Assembly: GCA_048264285.1 (NCBI GenBank)
Contig: JBLXDD010000018.1
Span: forward strand, 5,945 to 69,944
DNA: 64,000 bases
DNA from: Thalassospira sp.
GTDB taxonomy: Bacteria; Pseudomonadota; Alphaproteobacteria; Rhodospirillales; Thalassospiraceae
Direction of reading: 5' to 3'
Under the pieces are notes generated by a model, which saw nothing but the letters and a program-made list of their open reading frames with translations, made no database searches and was not told the origin of the DNA. How positions within the stretch are numbered: the stretch's first letter is position 1; each line of letters starts with the position of its first letter. The position numbers and the translations under genes were made by a program. Below are positions 25,166 to 34,524 of this stretch, in pieces.

Positions 25166-26092
25166 ATGCAACTTGCCTATGAACTGATCGCTGCGATCTT
25201 TCCGATTTTTGCGGCCATTCTTGTGGGGGCCGCCCTGAAACGTTACCTGATCAAGGGGGCGGATATTTGGGCCGGAATTGATCGGCTCACCTATTATCTG
25301 TTGTTGCCGTCGCTTTTGATTGTCGAGATTTACCGCGCCGATTTTTCCCGTGGCAATGCCGGAACCGCTGTTGGTATCACCCTTGCAGCAACCCTTGGTT
25401 TGTCGGCAGCATTGTTGGTGTTGCGCCCTTTGATTACGCGCGACACCCCGCTTTTTACATCCATCTTTCAAGGGGCGGTTCGTTATAACAGTTATGTTCT
25501 GCTGGCTGTTGCCTCTGCCCTTTACGGGGCAGAGGGGCTTGCCCTTGCCATCGTGTTTGTTGCTGTGATGGTGATTGCGACCAATATGCTCGGTGTCGTG
25601 GTTCTAAGCGCGTTTAGCGGCGGGAAAAGCAACCTGAAACGCATCCTCGGCGGGATTATCAAAAATCCGATCATCCTTGCTGCCGGCGCAGGTGCAATCC
25701 TGAATGTGAGCAATACTCACGTTCCACTTCCCATCGAAAATACCGCCGCCCTTTTCAAGACTGCCGCCCTGCCGCTTAGCCTGCTGTCGGTTGGCGCCGG
25801 GCTTCGGTTTATCATGGATAAAAAGGCCATGGGCGCGATCGCCCTTTCCACCACCATCAAGCTTGCCGTGCTGCCGGCCATAACCGGCATTTGCCTTTAT
25901 CTGGCAGGGGTTGAAGGCATGGTTCTGGCGATGGGGGTTCTGTATGCGGGGATGCCATGCGCGGGCAATGCCTATATCTTGGCACGGCAACTTAATGGTG
26001 ACCCTGACGCCATGGCCTCCATCATTACGCTGGAAACGTTATTGTCCGCCTTCAGCATCGCTGTCATCGCCGGTATATTGAGCATCAATTGA
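25166..26092 (+). CDS. AEC (auxin efflux carrier) family transporter
   Basis: 308 aa, about 10 TM helices, typical AEC N-terminus and repeat organisation. Confidence 0.75.
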   Translation: MQLAYELIAAIFPIFAAILVGAALKRYLIKGADIWAGIDRLTYYLLLPSLLIVEIYRADFSRGNAGTAVGITLAATLGLSAALLVLRPLITRDTPLFTSIFQGAVRYNSYVLLAVASALYGAEGLALAIVFVAVMVIATNMLGVVVLSAFSGGKSNLKRILGGIIKNPIILAAGAGAILNVSNTHVPLPIENTAALFKTAALPLSLLSVGAGLRFIMDKKAMGAIALSTTIKLAVLPAITGICLYLAGVEGMVLAMGVLYAGMPCAGNAYILARQLNGDPDAMASIITLETLLSAFSIAVIAGILSIN

Positions 26093-26842
26093 TGGGGCGT
26101 GGGCGGCGTAGTCACCGTCATAGCCGCACGCCGCAAGCCCGGGACGCATCAGTTCGGGTGGTGGCGCGTCAACAATGACCGGATCACGATCGGCATGAAA
26201 TGGCACGACGATCTGGCGCGATAGCAACATCAGGGTTGGCGGCGCACCAAAGATCGGCGGTTCATCGCCCCGACCATAGAACGGATCACCCACCACAGGA
26301 TGCCCGACATGATCAAGATGGACACGCAATTGATGTGTCCGCCCGGTATGGGGGATCAGTTCCAGCCAGGTGATGTCATTGCCATCCCCGTCCTTGCCAC
26401 GTCCAAGCACAGTATATTCGGTTTTTGACGGCTGACCATCTTCGTGCACCAGCATCGTCCAGCCGCTTTCATCATTGATCTTGCCGATTGGTGCATCAAT
26501 GAAGCCGTGATCATCTTTCATCGCACCACGAACCACCGCCCAATAGGTCTTGCCGATTTTCTTTTCAGTAAACAGGCGGGTGATCTTTTTTGACGATTTC
26601 GGATGCCGGCACAACAAAAGGCACCCTGCCGTATCGCGGTCCAGACGATGGGCCAGTGTCGGCTCCGGCTGAATACCGAATTTCAGATCCGGCAAATAGG
26701 CATCAACATGAAAATAGGTCTTTGGCCCACCGTGGGACGCCAATCCGGGCGGCTTGTTTAACACGATAATATTGGAATCGCGGTGCAGAACATGCGCGAT
26801 CAGGTCTTCGGCAATCGGATGGGGCATGGCGTGGCCTTTCAT
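26039..26842 (-). CDS. RluA-family pseudouridine synthase
   Basis: IIVLNKPPGLASHGG, HRLDRDTAGCLLL (catalytic Asp), GKTYWAVV, TGRTHQLRVH. The start may be the second ATG (26827). Confidence 0.85.
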   Translation of the reverse strand: MKGHAMPHPIAEDLIAHVLHRDSNIIVLNKPPGLASHGGPKTYFHVDAYLPDLKFGIQPEPTLAHRLDRDTAGCLLLCRHPKSSKKITRLFTEKKIGKTYWAVVRGAMKDDHGFIDAPIGKINDESGWTMLVHEDGQPSKTEYTVLGRGKDGDGNDITWLELIPHTGRTHQLRVHLDHVGHPVVGDPFYGRGDEPPIFGAPPTLMLLSRQIVVPFHADRDPVIVDAPPPELMRPGLAACGYDGDYAAHAPSIDAQYTGDDSDAEGGQ

Positions 26843-26908
26843 TGAGGGACTTGGCCCGTAAGCCTTTGCTTACCCCATCAGGCGAAAGCGGGCAATGATC
26901 ATGACGTT

Positions 26909-26934
26909 TGATCTGTAAGGGACTGCGGTGCGTA
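26909..26934 (+). promoter_or_regulatory. putative ECF (RpoE/ChrR-type) promoter: TGATCT-N16-CGTA
   Basis: tgatct gtaagggactgcggtg cgta, about 45 nt upstream of the ATG at 26980. Same architecture as the two elements at 34358-34468. Confidence 0.5.
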
Positions 26935-26979
26935 ACAAGAAGGACATAGCCCTTCTGCAACCCGGTTTTAATCACGATC

Positions 26980-27774
26980 ATGACGATCTGCATAACACCC
27001 AAAGTTAAGCCTCTGCTGTGCGCCTGTGTGGTTCTGGGCGGTGTTGCCCTGTTTTCAGAGGCGTTGGCCGTCACTCAGCAAACCGATAGTGCGCAGTTCC
27101 GGCAAGGGCGCCTGAACGATATGTTCACGCGCGCAGACACCTGCCGCACGTTTGATCCGATCAAGCGTTACGGCAATGAACTTCGTTTTCAGATCCGACG
27201 CAACGATGCCCCGGTCGGCAGCCACATTGTGCAGTTCAATCAGGGGCGCGATGGTTTGCAGGTGATTGCCCAAAGCAACATCGATATCAGTTTTCTTGGC
27301 TTTAACGCCTATAGCTTTGCCTATCGGTCCGAAAGCATGTGGTATGATAAAGGTCTGAGGGCCTTGTCGGTCAGGGTCGATGATGATGGCGATAAAACCG
27401 AGGTCACCGCCCGAAAGAACAATCAGGACACCCTTGTCGTAAATGGGCCAAAGGGCGCGCAGGTTCTGCCGGGCAGTATCTTTCCGACAGACCACTGGCA
27501 TTGCGGAGTATTGGACAGCAACACAGTCCTGAACACCATCACGGGCAAACCGAATGCGGTGCATATCACTGCGAATGCTGCGGAAATGTTGCGCACAACA
27601 AATGGCACATTGCGAGCCACCCGCTTTACCTATGAAGGTGAATTGGCAACCACAGCCTGGTACGATCAGGACGGCCGGTGGGTGGGACTTGAATTCAGGG
27701 CGCGTGATGGATCGACCATCACCTATCGGTGCATGAATTGCGCGACACCAACAGCGCAAAGGGATGAAGAATGA
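26980..27774 (+). CDS. exported protein of unknown function
   Basis: 264 aa. N-terminal hydrophobic signal-like segment (LLCACVVLGGVALFSEALA). The rest looks beta-rich. No family recognised with confidence. Confidence 0.55.
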   Translation: MTICITPKVKPLLCACVVLGGVALFSEALAVTQQTDSAQFRQGRLNDMFTRADTCRTFDPIKRYGNELRFQIRRNDAPVGSHIVQFNQGRDGLQVIAQSNIDISFLGFNAYSFAYRSESMWYDKGLRALSVRVDDDGDKTEVTARKNNQDTLVVNGPKGAQVLPGSIFPTDHWHCGVLDSNTVLNTITGKPNAVHITANAAEMLRTTNGTLRATRFTYEGELATTAWYDQDGRWVGLEFRARDGSTITYRCMNCATPTAQRDEE

Positions 27775-28538
27775 AAAAAAACTTCCAGACGATCTGGATC
27801 ATCGGAGCGTCGTCGGGCATTGGTGAATCCTTGACCCGAAAATTCCACGACTACCCGACATCCCCGAACCAGAAAATCATCATTTCGGCCAGAAATACCG
27901 ACAAGCTTGCAAAACTGGCGTCCGAAATGCCGGGATTAAGCCCCGTGCCGGTGGATATAACCGACCCGAATGCGGTTAATGCCGCGGTCAATACGGTGGA
28001 ATCAGAGTTTGGCTTGCCCGATCTGGTGATCTTGGCGGCCGGGATTTATTCACCGATGAAACTCGATGCTTTTTCGGCCGCTACAATCCGAAGCCATGTC
28101 GATACCAATTATATGGGTATCGTCAATTGTCTGGAGCCGCTTCTGGCCAGGATGCGCGCACGCAAATCAGGCGAGATTGCCGTAGTGGCCTCAGTGGCAG
28201 GCTATCGCGGATTGCCCAATGCTTCGGCCTATGGTCCGACCAAGGCCGCCCTGATCAATTTATGTGAATCGTTACATACCGAATTGACAGGCAGCGGCGT
28301 TTTGCTGCGTGTGATCAATCCGGGATTTGTCAAAACGCGCCTGACCGATAAAAATGATTTTGAAATGCCCTATTTGCTCGAACCGGATCAGGCAGCAGAT
28401 TTCATCTATCAAGGGCTGTGCGGCGGTGACAAATTCGAGATTGCCTTTCCACCCCCATTCGTGCGGCAATTGAAGCTGACCCGAATTTTGCCCTATCCGA
28501 TTTTCTTCAAACTGATGCGTAAACTGATCCGAGCATGA
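27771..28538 (+). CDS. SDR-family oxidoreductase
   Basis: IIGASSGIG cofactor motif; catalytic S...YGPTKAAL (YxxxK). ATGA overlap with the upstream gene. Confidence 0.85.
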   Translation: MKKNFQTIWIIGASSGIGESLTRKFHDYPTSPNQKIIISARNTDKLAKLASEMPGLSPVPVDITDPNAVNAAVNTVESEFGLPDLVILAAGIYSPMKLDAFSAATIRSHVDTNYMGIVNCLEPLLARMRARKSGEIAVVASVAGYRGLPNASAYGPTKAALINLCESLHTELTGSGVLLRVINPGFVKTRLTDKNDFEMPYLLEPDQAADFIYQGLCGGDKFEIAFPPPFVRQLKLTRILPYPIFFKLMRKLIRA

Positions 28539-28981
28539 ACGATATCACCGAAAACGAACGCCGGTTATTGGCGGCCTATGCTGCCTATTACGAGAACTTG
28601 TCGCTTGATACGGTCGATCAGTTGACGGATCTGGTGACAGATGATTTCGTGTTTTGCGACCCATTTACCACACTAAACGGCCGGAGCGATGTCTGCGCCT
28701 ATCTGGCAAAGGCCTTTACCGATGCGGAAAATCCCCGCTTTGTTGTCACCCATCGTGCCATTGACGGAGACCGGGGCTTTTTGCGCTGGCAGTTTAGTGC
28801 GCGGGTAAAAGTCATTGGTCAGTGGAAATTTACCGGCATGTCGGAACTGACATTTAACGCGGATGGCACCCGCCTGACATCGCATTTTGACCATTGGGAT
28901 TCCGGGCAAAACTTTTATGCCAAAATCCCGGTTCTGCGCTGGTTCATTCAGCGGCTTGCACGACGTGTTGGCTGTTTGTGA
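28535..28981 (+). CDS. NTF2-like (SnoaL-type) protein
   Basis: 148 aa. The size and the pattern (Y..Y..L....V..L..LVTDDFVF.DPF....G) fit the nuclear-transport-factor-2 fold. ATGA overlap with the SDR gene. Confidence 0.6.
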   Translation: MNDITENERRLLAAYAAYYENLSLDTVDQLTDLVTDDFVFCDPFTTLNGRSDVCAYLAKAFTDAENPRFVVTHRAIDGDRGFLRWQFSARVKVIGQWKFTGMSELTFNADGTRLTSHFDHWDSGQNFYAKIPVLRWFIQRLARRVGCL

Positions 28982-29492
28982 AAAACAGGGTGACTTCGCC
29001 GATCTCAAAACCCCATTTTTTCACCCGTGCCCGATTGACCAGAACGCCGTCAGGCTGGAGGAACATCCAGTCGTCAAAACCAACCCGCCAGGAACCGTCA
29101 CCAACTTTAAGATCCATGTCATAGGACCAGTTCAGCGCATTGCCATACTGACTGCCCGTGGCGATGCCGATAATATCATCAGCACGGCCTTCATAGCTGT
29201 GCTCGCCGGTTTTGGTAATCACCCAGACGCGGCGATCCGTTTCGCCGTCATCATAGATAAAGTCTTCTTCCAGTGTCAGAACATCGTCTTCGATCGTTCC
29301 GGTGATTTCAACGGTGAACTGACGGCGCAGCGTTCCGAACCGATCTTCGAAAATCCCCCAAGCCCGACTGTTGCCATCGAAATAGTCGAACACATCAAAA
29401 CGGGGTTCCTTTTGCGCGAAATCCTGCGGTTTCATCGAGCCACATCCCGCTAAAAGCACCAACAAAAACAGCGCCGTGATATTCCGCAGCAT
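28944..29492 (-). CDS. DUF3833-like lipoprotein
   Basis: The internal ATG at 29492 is preceded by GGAGAA and gives MLRNITALFLLVLLAGC-GS (lipobox). The body (FDVFDYFDG.SRAWGIFEDRFG...) resembles DUF3833 as I recall it. Confidence 0.65.
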   Translation of the reverse strand: MLRNITALFLLVLLAGCGSMKPQDFAQKEPRFDVFDYFDGNSRAWGIFEDRFGTLRRQFTVEITGTIEDDVLTLEEDFIYDDGETDRRVWVITKTGEHSYEGRADDIIGIATGSQYGNALNWSYDMDLKVGDGSWRVGFDDWMFLQPDGVLVNRARVKKWGFEIGEVTLFFTNSQHVVQAAE

Positions 29493-29521
29493 CGGTTTTC
29501 TCCTGTTGTGATATCCCAAGA

Positions 29522-30868
29522 TCAAACAGTGCGGCGTGAAAGGCGCCGACGAATGGCAACCTGATGGGTGCTGTCCAATGGAAAGCGCCACATCATTACG
29601 ATTGCGACTGATTTTAGTACGACCGGGATCACCGCATAGATCAAAACCAGCACAATCAAGGCACCGTTTTCTTCACCATCGCCATCCGTCAGGCCAAAGG
29701 CCCCCAGGATCGGCAAAGCAATCCCCGCCGCCAAGGCCATGGCAAGTTTGTTGGTCATATTCCAAAGGGCAAATAAAAGGGCTGTGCGCCGCCCTCCAAA
29801 CCGATAGCGATCCCAATCATCGACATCTGCCTGAATGGCCGGCGGCAACGCAAGATCCGCCCCCAATGCCGCCCCGGTGACAAGACATATGGCAGCAAAC
29901 CCAACCATATCTCCGGCATCAAGAACCGGCACAAAGACAAAGGCAATGATCGCAATGATCATGGCCAGGCACCAAACCCGGTGCTTGCCAATACGCCCGG
30001 CCATGACAACCCACAGCGGAATGGCGATAATTGCGGCGGCAAAATACAGCAAAATCAGGATATTCTCGCTGTCCTGATCCAGTTCAAGGTAATAGCGCAC
30101 AAAAAGCGGAAAACAGACGGCAGGCAAACCCGCCGCAAGCCCATTGATCATCCAGGCCGTAAGCAAGCGCATGAACAAACGATTATCGCGCAGGCTGCGA
30201 ATTCCAAGGCGAAGCGTCTTAACAAGGTTGCCCGACGCCATGCCAGTTGCTGTCGGTTTTGTGCGTTTTTGCTGCGCAACCGGATCGGGCACCTGCCAGA
30301 TCATAAGCGCGATGAAAACAGCCCCCAATGTCAGGGTGACGATGGCAAGAGTCCGGATTTCAGAGGCACGATCCGGGGCATTGATCAGAACCGGGACGGC
30401 CCCGGCCAGAACAATGCCGATCAAACCCGCCCCTTCGCGAAGGGCGGTAAGTAATGTGCGTTTTTTATAATCGCCAGAAAGGTCCGCGCCCCATGCCAGA
30501 TAGGGCACCTGAAACATCGTCCAGCCGAGAAATAGAACACTCGCCCATATCAGAAGATAAAGCGCATCGGGCTTTTCGGGGGGACTGAACAAATACCAAA
30601 GGCCAATCCCGGCGATGATGGCCCCGACCCCTGTCCAGATTTTGCGATTGCCGGTTTTATCCGACAGCCAGCCTACAAACGGGTCGGTCAGCATATCGAT
30701 CATGCGTACCAGCAAAAGAACCGCGCCCGTGATCGCCAAACCAAGACCAAGATCATCGCCGTAATAGCTTGGCAACAGCACATAGGCCGGAATGGTCGGC
30801 ACTGATGCCGCCACCGCCGGAAGCGCATAGAAAACCGATATCCGTGCGGGATATTCAGTCGGGCGCAT
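29522..30868 (-). CDS. MFS transporter (glycoside-pentoside-hexuronide/FolT-like)
   Basis: 448 aa, about 12 TM helices. Overlaps the upstream methyltransferase gene by 14 nt. Confidence 0.8.
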   Translation of the reverse strand: MRPTEYPARISVFYALPAVAASVPTIPAYVLLPSYYGDDLGLGLAITGAVLLLVRMIDMLTDPFVGWLSDKTGNRKIWTGVGAIIAGIGLWYLFSPPEKPDALYLLIWASVLFLGWTMFQVPYLAWGADLSGDYKKRTLLTALREGAGLIGIVLAGAVPVLINAPDRASEIRTLAIVTLTLGAVFIALMIWQVPDPVAQQKRTKPTATGMASGNLVKTLRLGIRSLRDNRLFMRLLTAWMINGLAAGLPAVCFPLFVRYYLELDQDSENILILLYFAAAIIAIPLWVVMAGRIGKHRVWCLAMIIAIIAFVFVPVLDAGDMVGFAAICLVTGAALGADLALPPAIQADVDDWDRYRFGGRRTALLFALWNMTNKLAMALAAGIALPILGAFGLTDGDGEENGALIVLVLIYAVIPVVLKSVAIVMMWRFPLDSTHQVAIRRRLSRRTV

Positions 30869-32132
30869 TTTCGCGACGTTCGATCACGAACAGCCCGACA
30901 TCAATGGAGCCCTGATCAAAACCGGTTTCGCAGTAAGCAAGATAATATTCCCACATGCGTTTAAAGCGCAGATCAAAGCCCTGCTTGGCAATGCCATCCC
31001 AGGCGTGCTGGAAGCTGCGCTGCCATTCGGCCAGTGTCCGGGCATAGGATTTGCCAAAGAATTCCGAATGGCGCAGTTCAAGTCCGGCGTTGCTGACCGC
31101 TGCCGATAGTGCCGTCGGGGATGGCAACATGCCGCCCGGGAAGATGTAACGCTGAATGAAGTCTGCCCCACGGCGATAGGTTTCAAATCGGTCATCATCA
31201 ATGGTGATGATTTGCAGAACCGCTTTGCCGCCCGGTTTCAGGCGCTTGCGGATCATTTCGAAATAGGTTGGCCAGTGTTCTTCGCCAACGGCTTCAAACA
31301 TCTCGATCGAGACGATCTTGTCATACTGACCGTCTTCGTGACGATAATCGCGCAGAACGATATCGGTGCGATTGTTAAGCCCCTGCATCAACAGGCGTTC
31401 ACGCGCATAGGCATGCTGTTCTTTTGAAAGGGTAAGCCCGGTGACATTGCAACGATACTTTCCCGCCGCACGTTCTGCAAAACCGCCCCAGCCACAGCCG
31501 ACCTCAAGCACCGTTTCACCCGGTCTCAGGTCCGCCAGTTCGCAAATGCGTTCGTATTTGGCGTCTTGGGCGTCATCAAGCGTCATGTCAGGCGTAACAT
31601 AAAGCCCCGAGGAATAAGTCATGCCAGGATCAAGCCATGCACGATAAAACGCGTTCCCAAGATCATAGTGATAGGCAATGTTGCGCTTTGATCCTTCGAG
31701 CGTGTTGGCATTGCGGAGATGCCCGATCCGGGCGACCGTGCGCGCCAGGAACCCGGCGGCCAAACGGGCCCGCACAATGGTTTCATTGCGCATGGCAAAT
31801 TGCATCAAATGCGTCAGGTCCGGGCTGCTCCAGCTGCCATCCATATAGGCCTCGGCGAAGGCAACATCGCCGCCGGTGGCGAGTTTGCGGATTGCCTGCC
31901 AGTCATGAATATGAATGGCCGCACGCAGATAGGTTTCCTGATCACCAGAAAAATGAAGTGTATCGTCATCGGGCAGGACAATGGTCAAACGCCCGTAATG
32001 CAGATGTGCCAAAACACGTCTTAGCATGGCTTTCAACAAGCTGCGACTGCCCGTCATACTGCCCAGCATTGGCAGGATACGGTCACGCAGCGGATAGGCA
32101 TAGGATGATGCATTACGATTGCGGTTTGGCAT
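30855..32132 (-). CDS. cyclopropane-fatty-acyl-phospholipid synthase family SAM-dependent methyltransferase
   Basis: 425 aa. NIAYHYDLGNAFY, VLEVGCGWGGFA (motif I), SIEMFEAVGEEHW, IQRYIFPGGMLPS are CFA-synthase-family hallmarks. Confidence 0.9.
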   Translation of the reverse strand: MPNRNRNASSYAYPLRDRILPMLGSMTGSRSLLKAMLRRVLAHLHYGRLTIVLPDDDTLHFSGDQETYLRAAIHIHDWQAIRKLATGGDVAFAEAYMDGSWSSPDLTHLMQFAMRNETIVRARLAAGFLARTVARIGHLRNANTLEGSKRNIAYHYDLGNAFYRAWLDPGMTYSSGLYVTPDMTLDDAQDAKYERICELADLRPGETVLEVGCGWGGFAERAAGKYRCNVTGLTLSKEQHAYARERLLMQGLNNRTDIVLRDYRHEDGQYDKIVSIEMFEAVGEEHWPTYFEMIRKRLKPGGKAVLQIITIDDDRFETYRRGADFIQRYIFPGGMLPSPTALSAAVSNAGLELRHSEFFGKSYARTLAEWQRSFQHAWDGIAKQGFDLRFKRMWEYYLAYCETGFDQGSIDVGLFVIERRENAPD

Positions 32133-32137
32133 TGTTT

Positions 32138-32971
32138 TTATCTCTTTCCTGCTTGGGCCGCTGCCGTGCCGGGTGCCATGACATAGGTGACTGCCTGTTT
32201 TGGCGGTTCCGGTCGTTTATGGAATTTCAGCCCCTTGCGCCAAAGATGAAGCGCCTCCCAATGGATACCCGCGACAACTTTCAGCGTCATCAACGGGTAT
32301 CGAACGAACGCTCCTAACAGTTTACGGTCGGAAATCTCGGTTCGATCACCGACAAATGCAGCGGTCAGGAAAGTCCCCTTTGCGTCGGTCTCGCGGATTG
32401 TCACAGCAACGGTGTCATCGGGGATACGGATACGGAAATGATAATCCGCAACCATGTCGACAAAGGGTGAAACATAAAATCCCTTTGCGCAGGATTGGCG
32501 CAACAGGTTCTTGTCATCAAGCGCCCCTTCGCGCACCGGGATCAGATAGCTGTGGCGATCCCCAAACGTATTTGAGACCTCATAAAGTACCGCACCCACC
32601 GATCCGTCAGCACGATGGCAGAAATAAACCGACAGCGGATTGAACACAAAGCCCAGCAAACGCGGATAGCACAGCAGCCGAATTTTATGCCCGCAATCAC
32701 CAAGACCATGATCGGTCAGGATTGCTTCAAGACAGGTGCGCAAATCGGCGCGTCCCCCATCCGCATGATCGCGGTCATGGAATGAAAACAGATTAAAGCG
32801 ATTGCGACTGAACAGTTTCAGTTTGGCGGCAAGGCCATCAATCTCGTCCAGATCAAGCAGGAAGGAAAAAACACGATAGCGCAGCTTATGCTTTTTGGGG
32901 CGCAACCGGCTATGGGTAACCACCCCTTCAAACAGGGCCGATGCCGGTTTTTTCGCAACAGAAAGTGTCAT
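32138..32971 (-). CDS. DUF1365 family protein
   Basis: 277 aa. G.V.H.R..P..H.F.Y.VF..LLDLDE N-terminal pattern. Conserved position between the FAD oxidoreductase and the CFA-synthase-like gene. Confidence 0.8.
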   Translation of the reverse strand: MTLSVAKKPASALFEGVVTHSRLRPKKHKLRYRVFSFLLDLDEIDGLAAKLKLFSRNRFNLFSFHDRDHADGGRADLRTCLEAILTDHGLGDCGHKIRLLCYPRLLGFVFNPLSVYFCHRADGSVGAVLYEVSNTFGDRHSYLIPVREGALDDKNLLRQSCAKGFYVSPFVDMVADYHFRIRIPDDTVAVTIRETDAKGTFLTAAFVGDRTEISDRKLLGAFVRYPLMTLKVVAGIHWEALHLWRKGLKFHKRPEPPKQAVTYVMAPGTAAAQAGKR

Positions 32972-34311
32972 GCGGCCTCGCTCGTTTGCGGGCGGGTACT
33001 ATGTCCAAGATGGATGCGACCACTTTCATTTTCAACATTCCAGGGACGTCGCACATTGCCAAGTGCCTCGGCAACAGCAAGGCCCGACTGAATGCCGTCT
33101 TCGTGGAAGCCATATCCAAAATAACTGCCGCAATACCAAATGTTATCAAGCCCCTGAACAGACCAAAGGTCTTTTTGTGCTGCCATTGCACCGGCATCAA
33201 ATAACGGATGGTCATACAGGAATGACCTGATCACGCTGCCTTCTTCGGGATGGCGCGGCGGGTTCAAGGTCACAAACAACTCTTGGGCGTCCCCAAGATG
33301 CTGCAACCGGTTCATCCAATAGGTCACACAGACTTTCTGTTCACCGCCATCATCCTCGGCCAGATAGTTCCAGCTTGACCAGACCTTCTTGTTTTTCGGC
33401 ATCAGGCTGGCATCACTATGAAGGATCGCCAGATTGCGTTCGTATTTGAATGCCGAAAGCAATTCGGCAACACGCGGATCAGGTGTGTCCTGAAGGGCAA
33501 GCGCCTGATCACCATGGCAGGCCAGAACAACGTGATCAAATTCTTCGCGCACACCATAGCGGTCTTCGATAAAAGCCCCACCTGACGAGGACTTGCCGAC
33601 CTTTGTTATCGCGCGATCAAGCACCACACCACCCGATATGTCTTTGGTCATGCGTTTTACATATTCACGCGAACCACCGACAACCGTGCGCCATTCCGGA
33701 CGATCCTTGATCTGCAACAGGCCGTGATTCTGGCAAAACCGCACAAACGCCGCCAAGGGATAGGCCATCATGGTATCGACCGGCGTTGACCAGATTGCCG
33801 CCCCCATCGGCAGAAGATGATCATTGATGAAAGATTGGGAATAACCGTTGTCACGCAGGTAATCGCCAAGGCTGATATGTTCGGCCGTGCCGTCTTCAAG
33901 TGCAGCCGGGGCTTCGCGATAGAACCGCAAGATATCACGAACCATGTTCCAGAAACGTGGACGGAACAGGTTGCGCTTTTGCGCAAACAGGGCTGAAAGA
34001 TGAGCGCCGCCATATTCCAGACCACCCTCGTCCATGGATGCCGCAAAGGACATATCCGTTGCGGTTGTTGTCACATTCAGATGATCAAACAGCGCACACA
34101 AATTCGGATAGCAGCGGGTGTTATAGACGATAAAACCGGTATCGACCGGAATTTTCCCGGCATCCACCGTATTGGAATGCCCGCCCGGACGGTCGTCCTT
34201 TTCAAACAATGTCACTTTGTGCGACTGGCTCAGAAGCCAGGCCGCCGACAGCCCGGAAATGCCGGACCCGACCACAGCAATATTAAGCTTACCGGGGGTG
34301 AGAATGTTCAT
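32968..34311 (-). CDS. NAD(P)/FAD-dependent oxidoreductase (amine-oxidase/desaturase-like)
   Basis: IAVVGSGISGLSAAWLL dinucleotide fold then FEKDDRPGGH. 447 aa. ATGA overlap with the DUF1365 gene. Confidence 0.85.
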   Translation of the reverse strand: MNILTPGKLNIAVVGSGISGLSAAWLLSQSHKVTLFEKDDRPGGHSNTVDAGKIPVDTGFIVYNTRCYPNLCALFDHLNVTTTATDMSFAASMDEGGLEYGGAHLSALFAQKRNLFRPRFWNMVRDILRFYREAPAALEDGTAEHISLGDYLRDNGYSQSFINDHLLPMGAAIWSTPVDTMMAYPLAAFVRFCQNHGLLQIKDRPEWRTVVGGSREYVKRMTKDISGGVVLDRAITKVGKSSSGGAFIEDRYGVREEFDHVVLACHGDQALALQDTPDPRVAELLSAFKYERNLAILHSDASLMPKNKKVWSSWNYLAEDDGGEQKVCVTYWMNRLQHLGDAQELFVTLNPPRHPEEGSVIRSFLYDHPLFDAGAMAAQKDLWSVQGLDNIWYCGSYFGYGFHEDGIQSGLAVAEALGNVRRPWNVENESGRIHLGHSTRPQTSEAA

Positions 34312-34357
34312 ATCGATGCGGCCTGCCTGCAGTTAAAAAACGAATGTTAAATATGTG

Positions 34358-34383
34358 TACGCACGCGAAAAGGGTGTGGATCA
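34358..34383 (-). promoter_or_regulatory. putative ECF (RpoE/ChrR-type) promoter on the minus strand: TGATCC-N16-CGTA
   Basis: The minus strand reads tgatcc acacccttttcgcgtg cgta, about 46 nt upstream of the ATG at 34311. Confidence 0.55.
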
Positions 34384-34442
34384 CCGTGAAATATTTGCCC
34401 GATACGATTGTAAGCCTCTGTTCAAGCACATACATTTTTATT

Positions 34443-34468
34443 TGATCCAAATGAAAGCAGCCGACGTA
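34443..34468 (+). promoter_or_regulatory. putative autoregulated ECF promoter of rpoE-chrR: TGATCC-N16-CGTA
   Basis: tgatcc aaatgaaagcagccga cgta. It lies 9 nt before the first in-frame ATG (34477) and 57 nt before the ATG at 34525. Confidence 0.55.
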
Positions 34469-34524
34469 GGAATGGTATGATGAACACCATTCTGGCGCGG
34501 CCCCAAAGGGGACCTGAAATCAAA

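Noticed and set aside
27771-27785. An A8 run at the very start of the SDR gene (ATGAAAAAAAAC), as a possible slipped-strand phase-variation tract.
   Set aside because: It simply encodes Met-Lys-Lys-Asn. The tract is short, and nothing else suggests contingency-locus behaviour.
28887-29453. 188-aa plus-strand ORF overlapping the DUF3833 lipoprotein gene.
   Set aside because: It is the antisense shadow of a gene with a clear RBS, lipobox and family-like sequence. It has no motif or RBS of its own.
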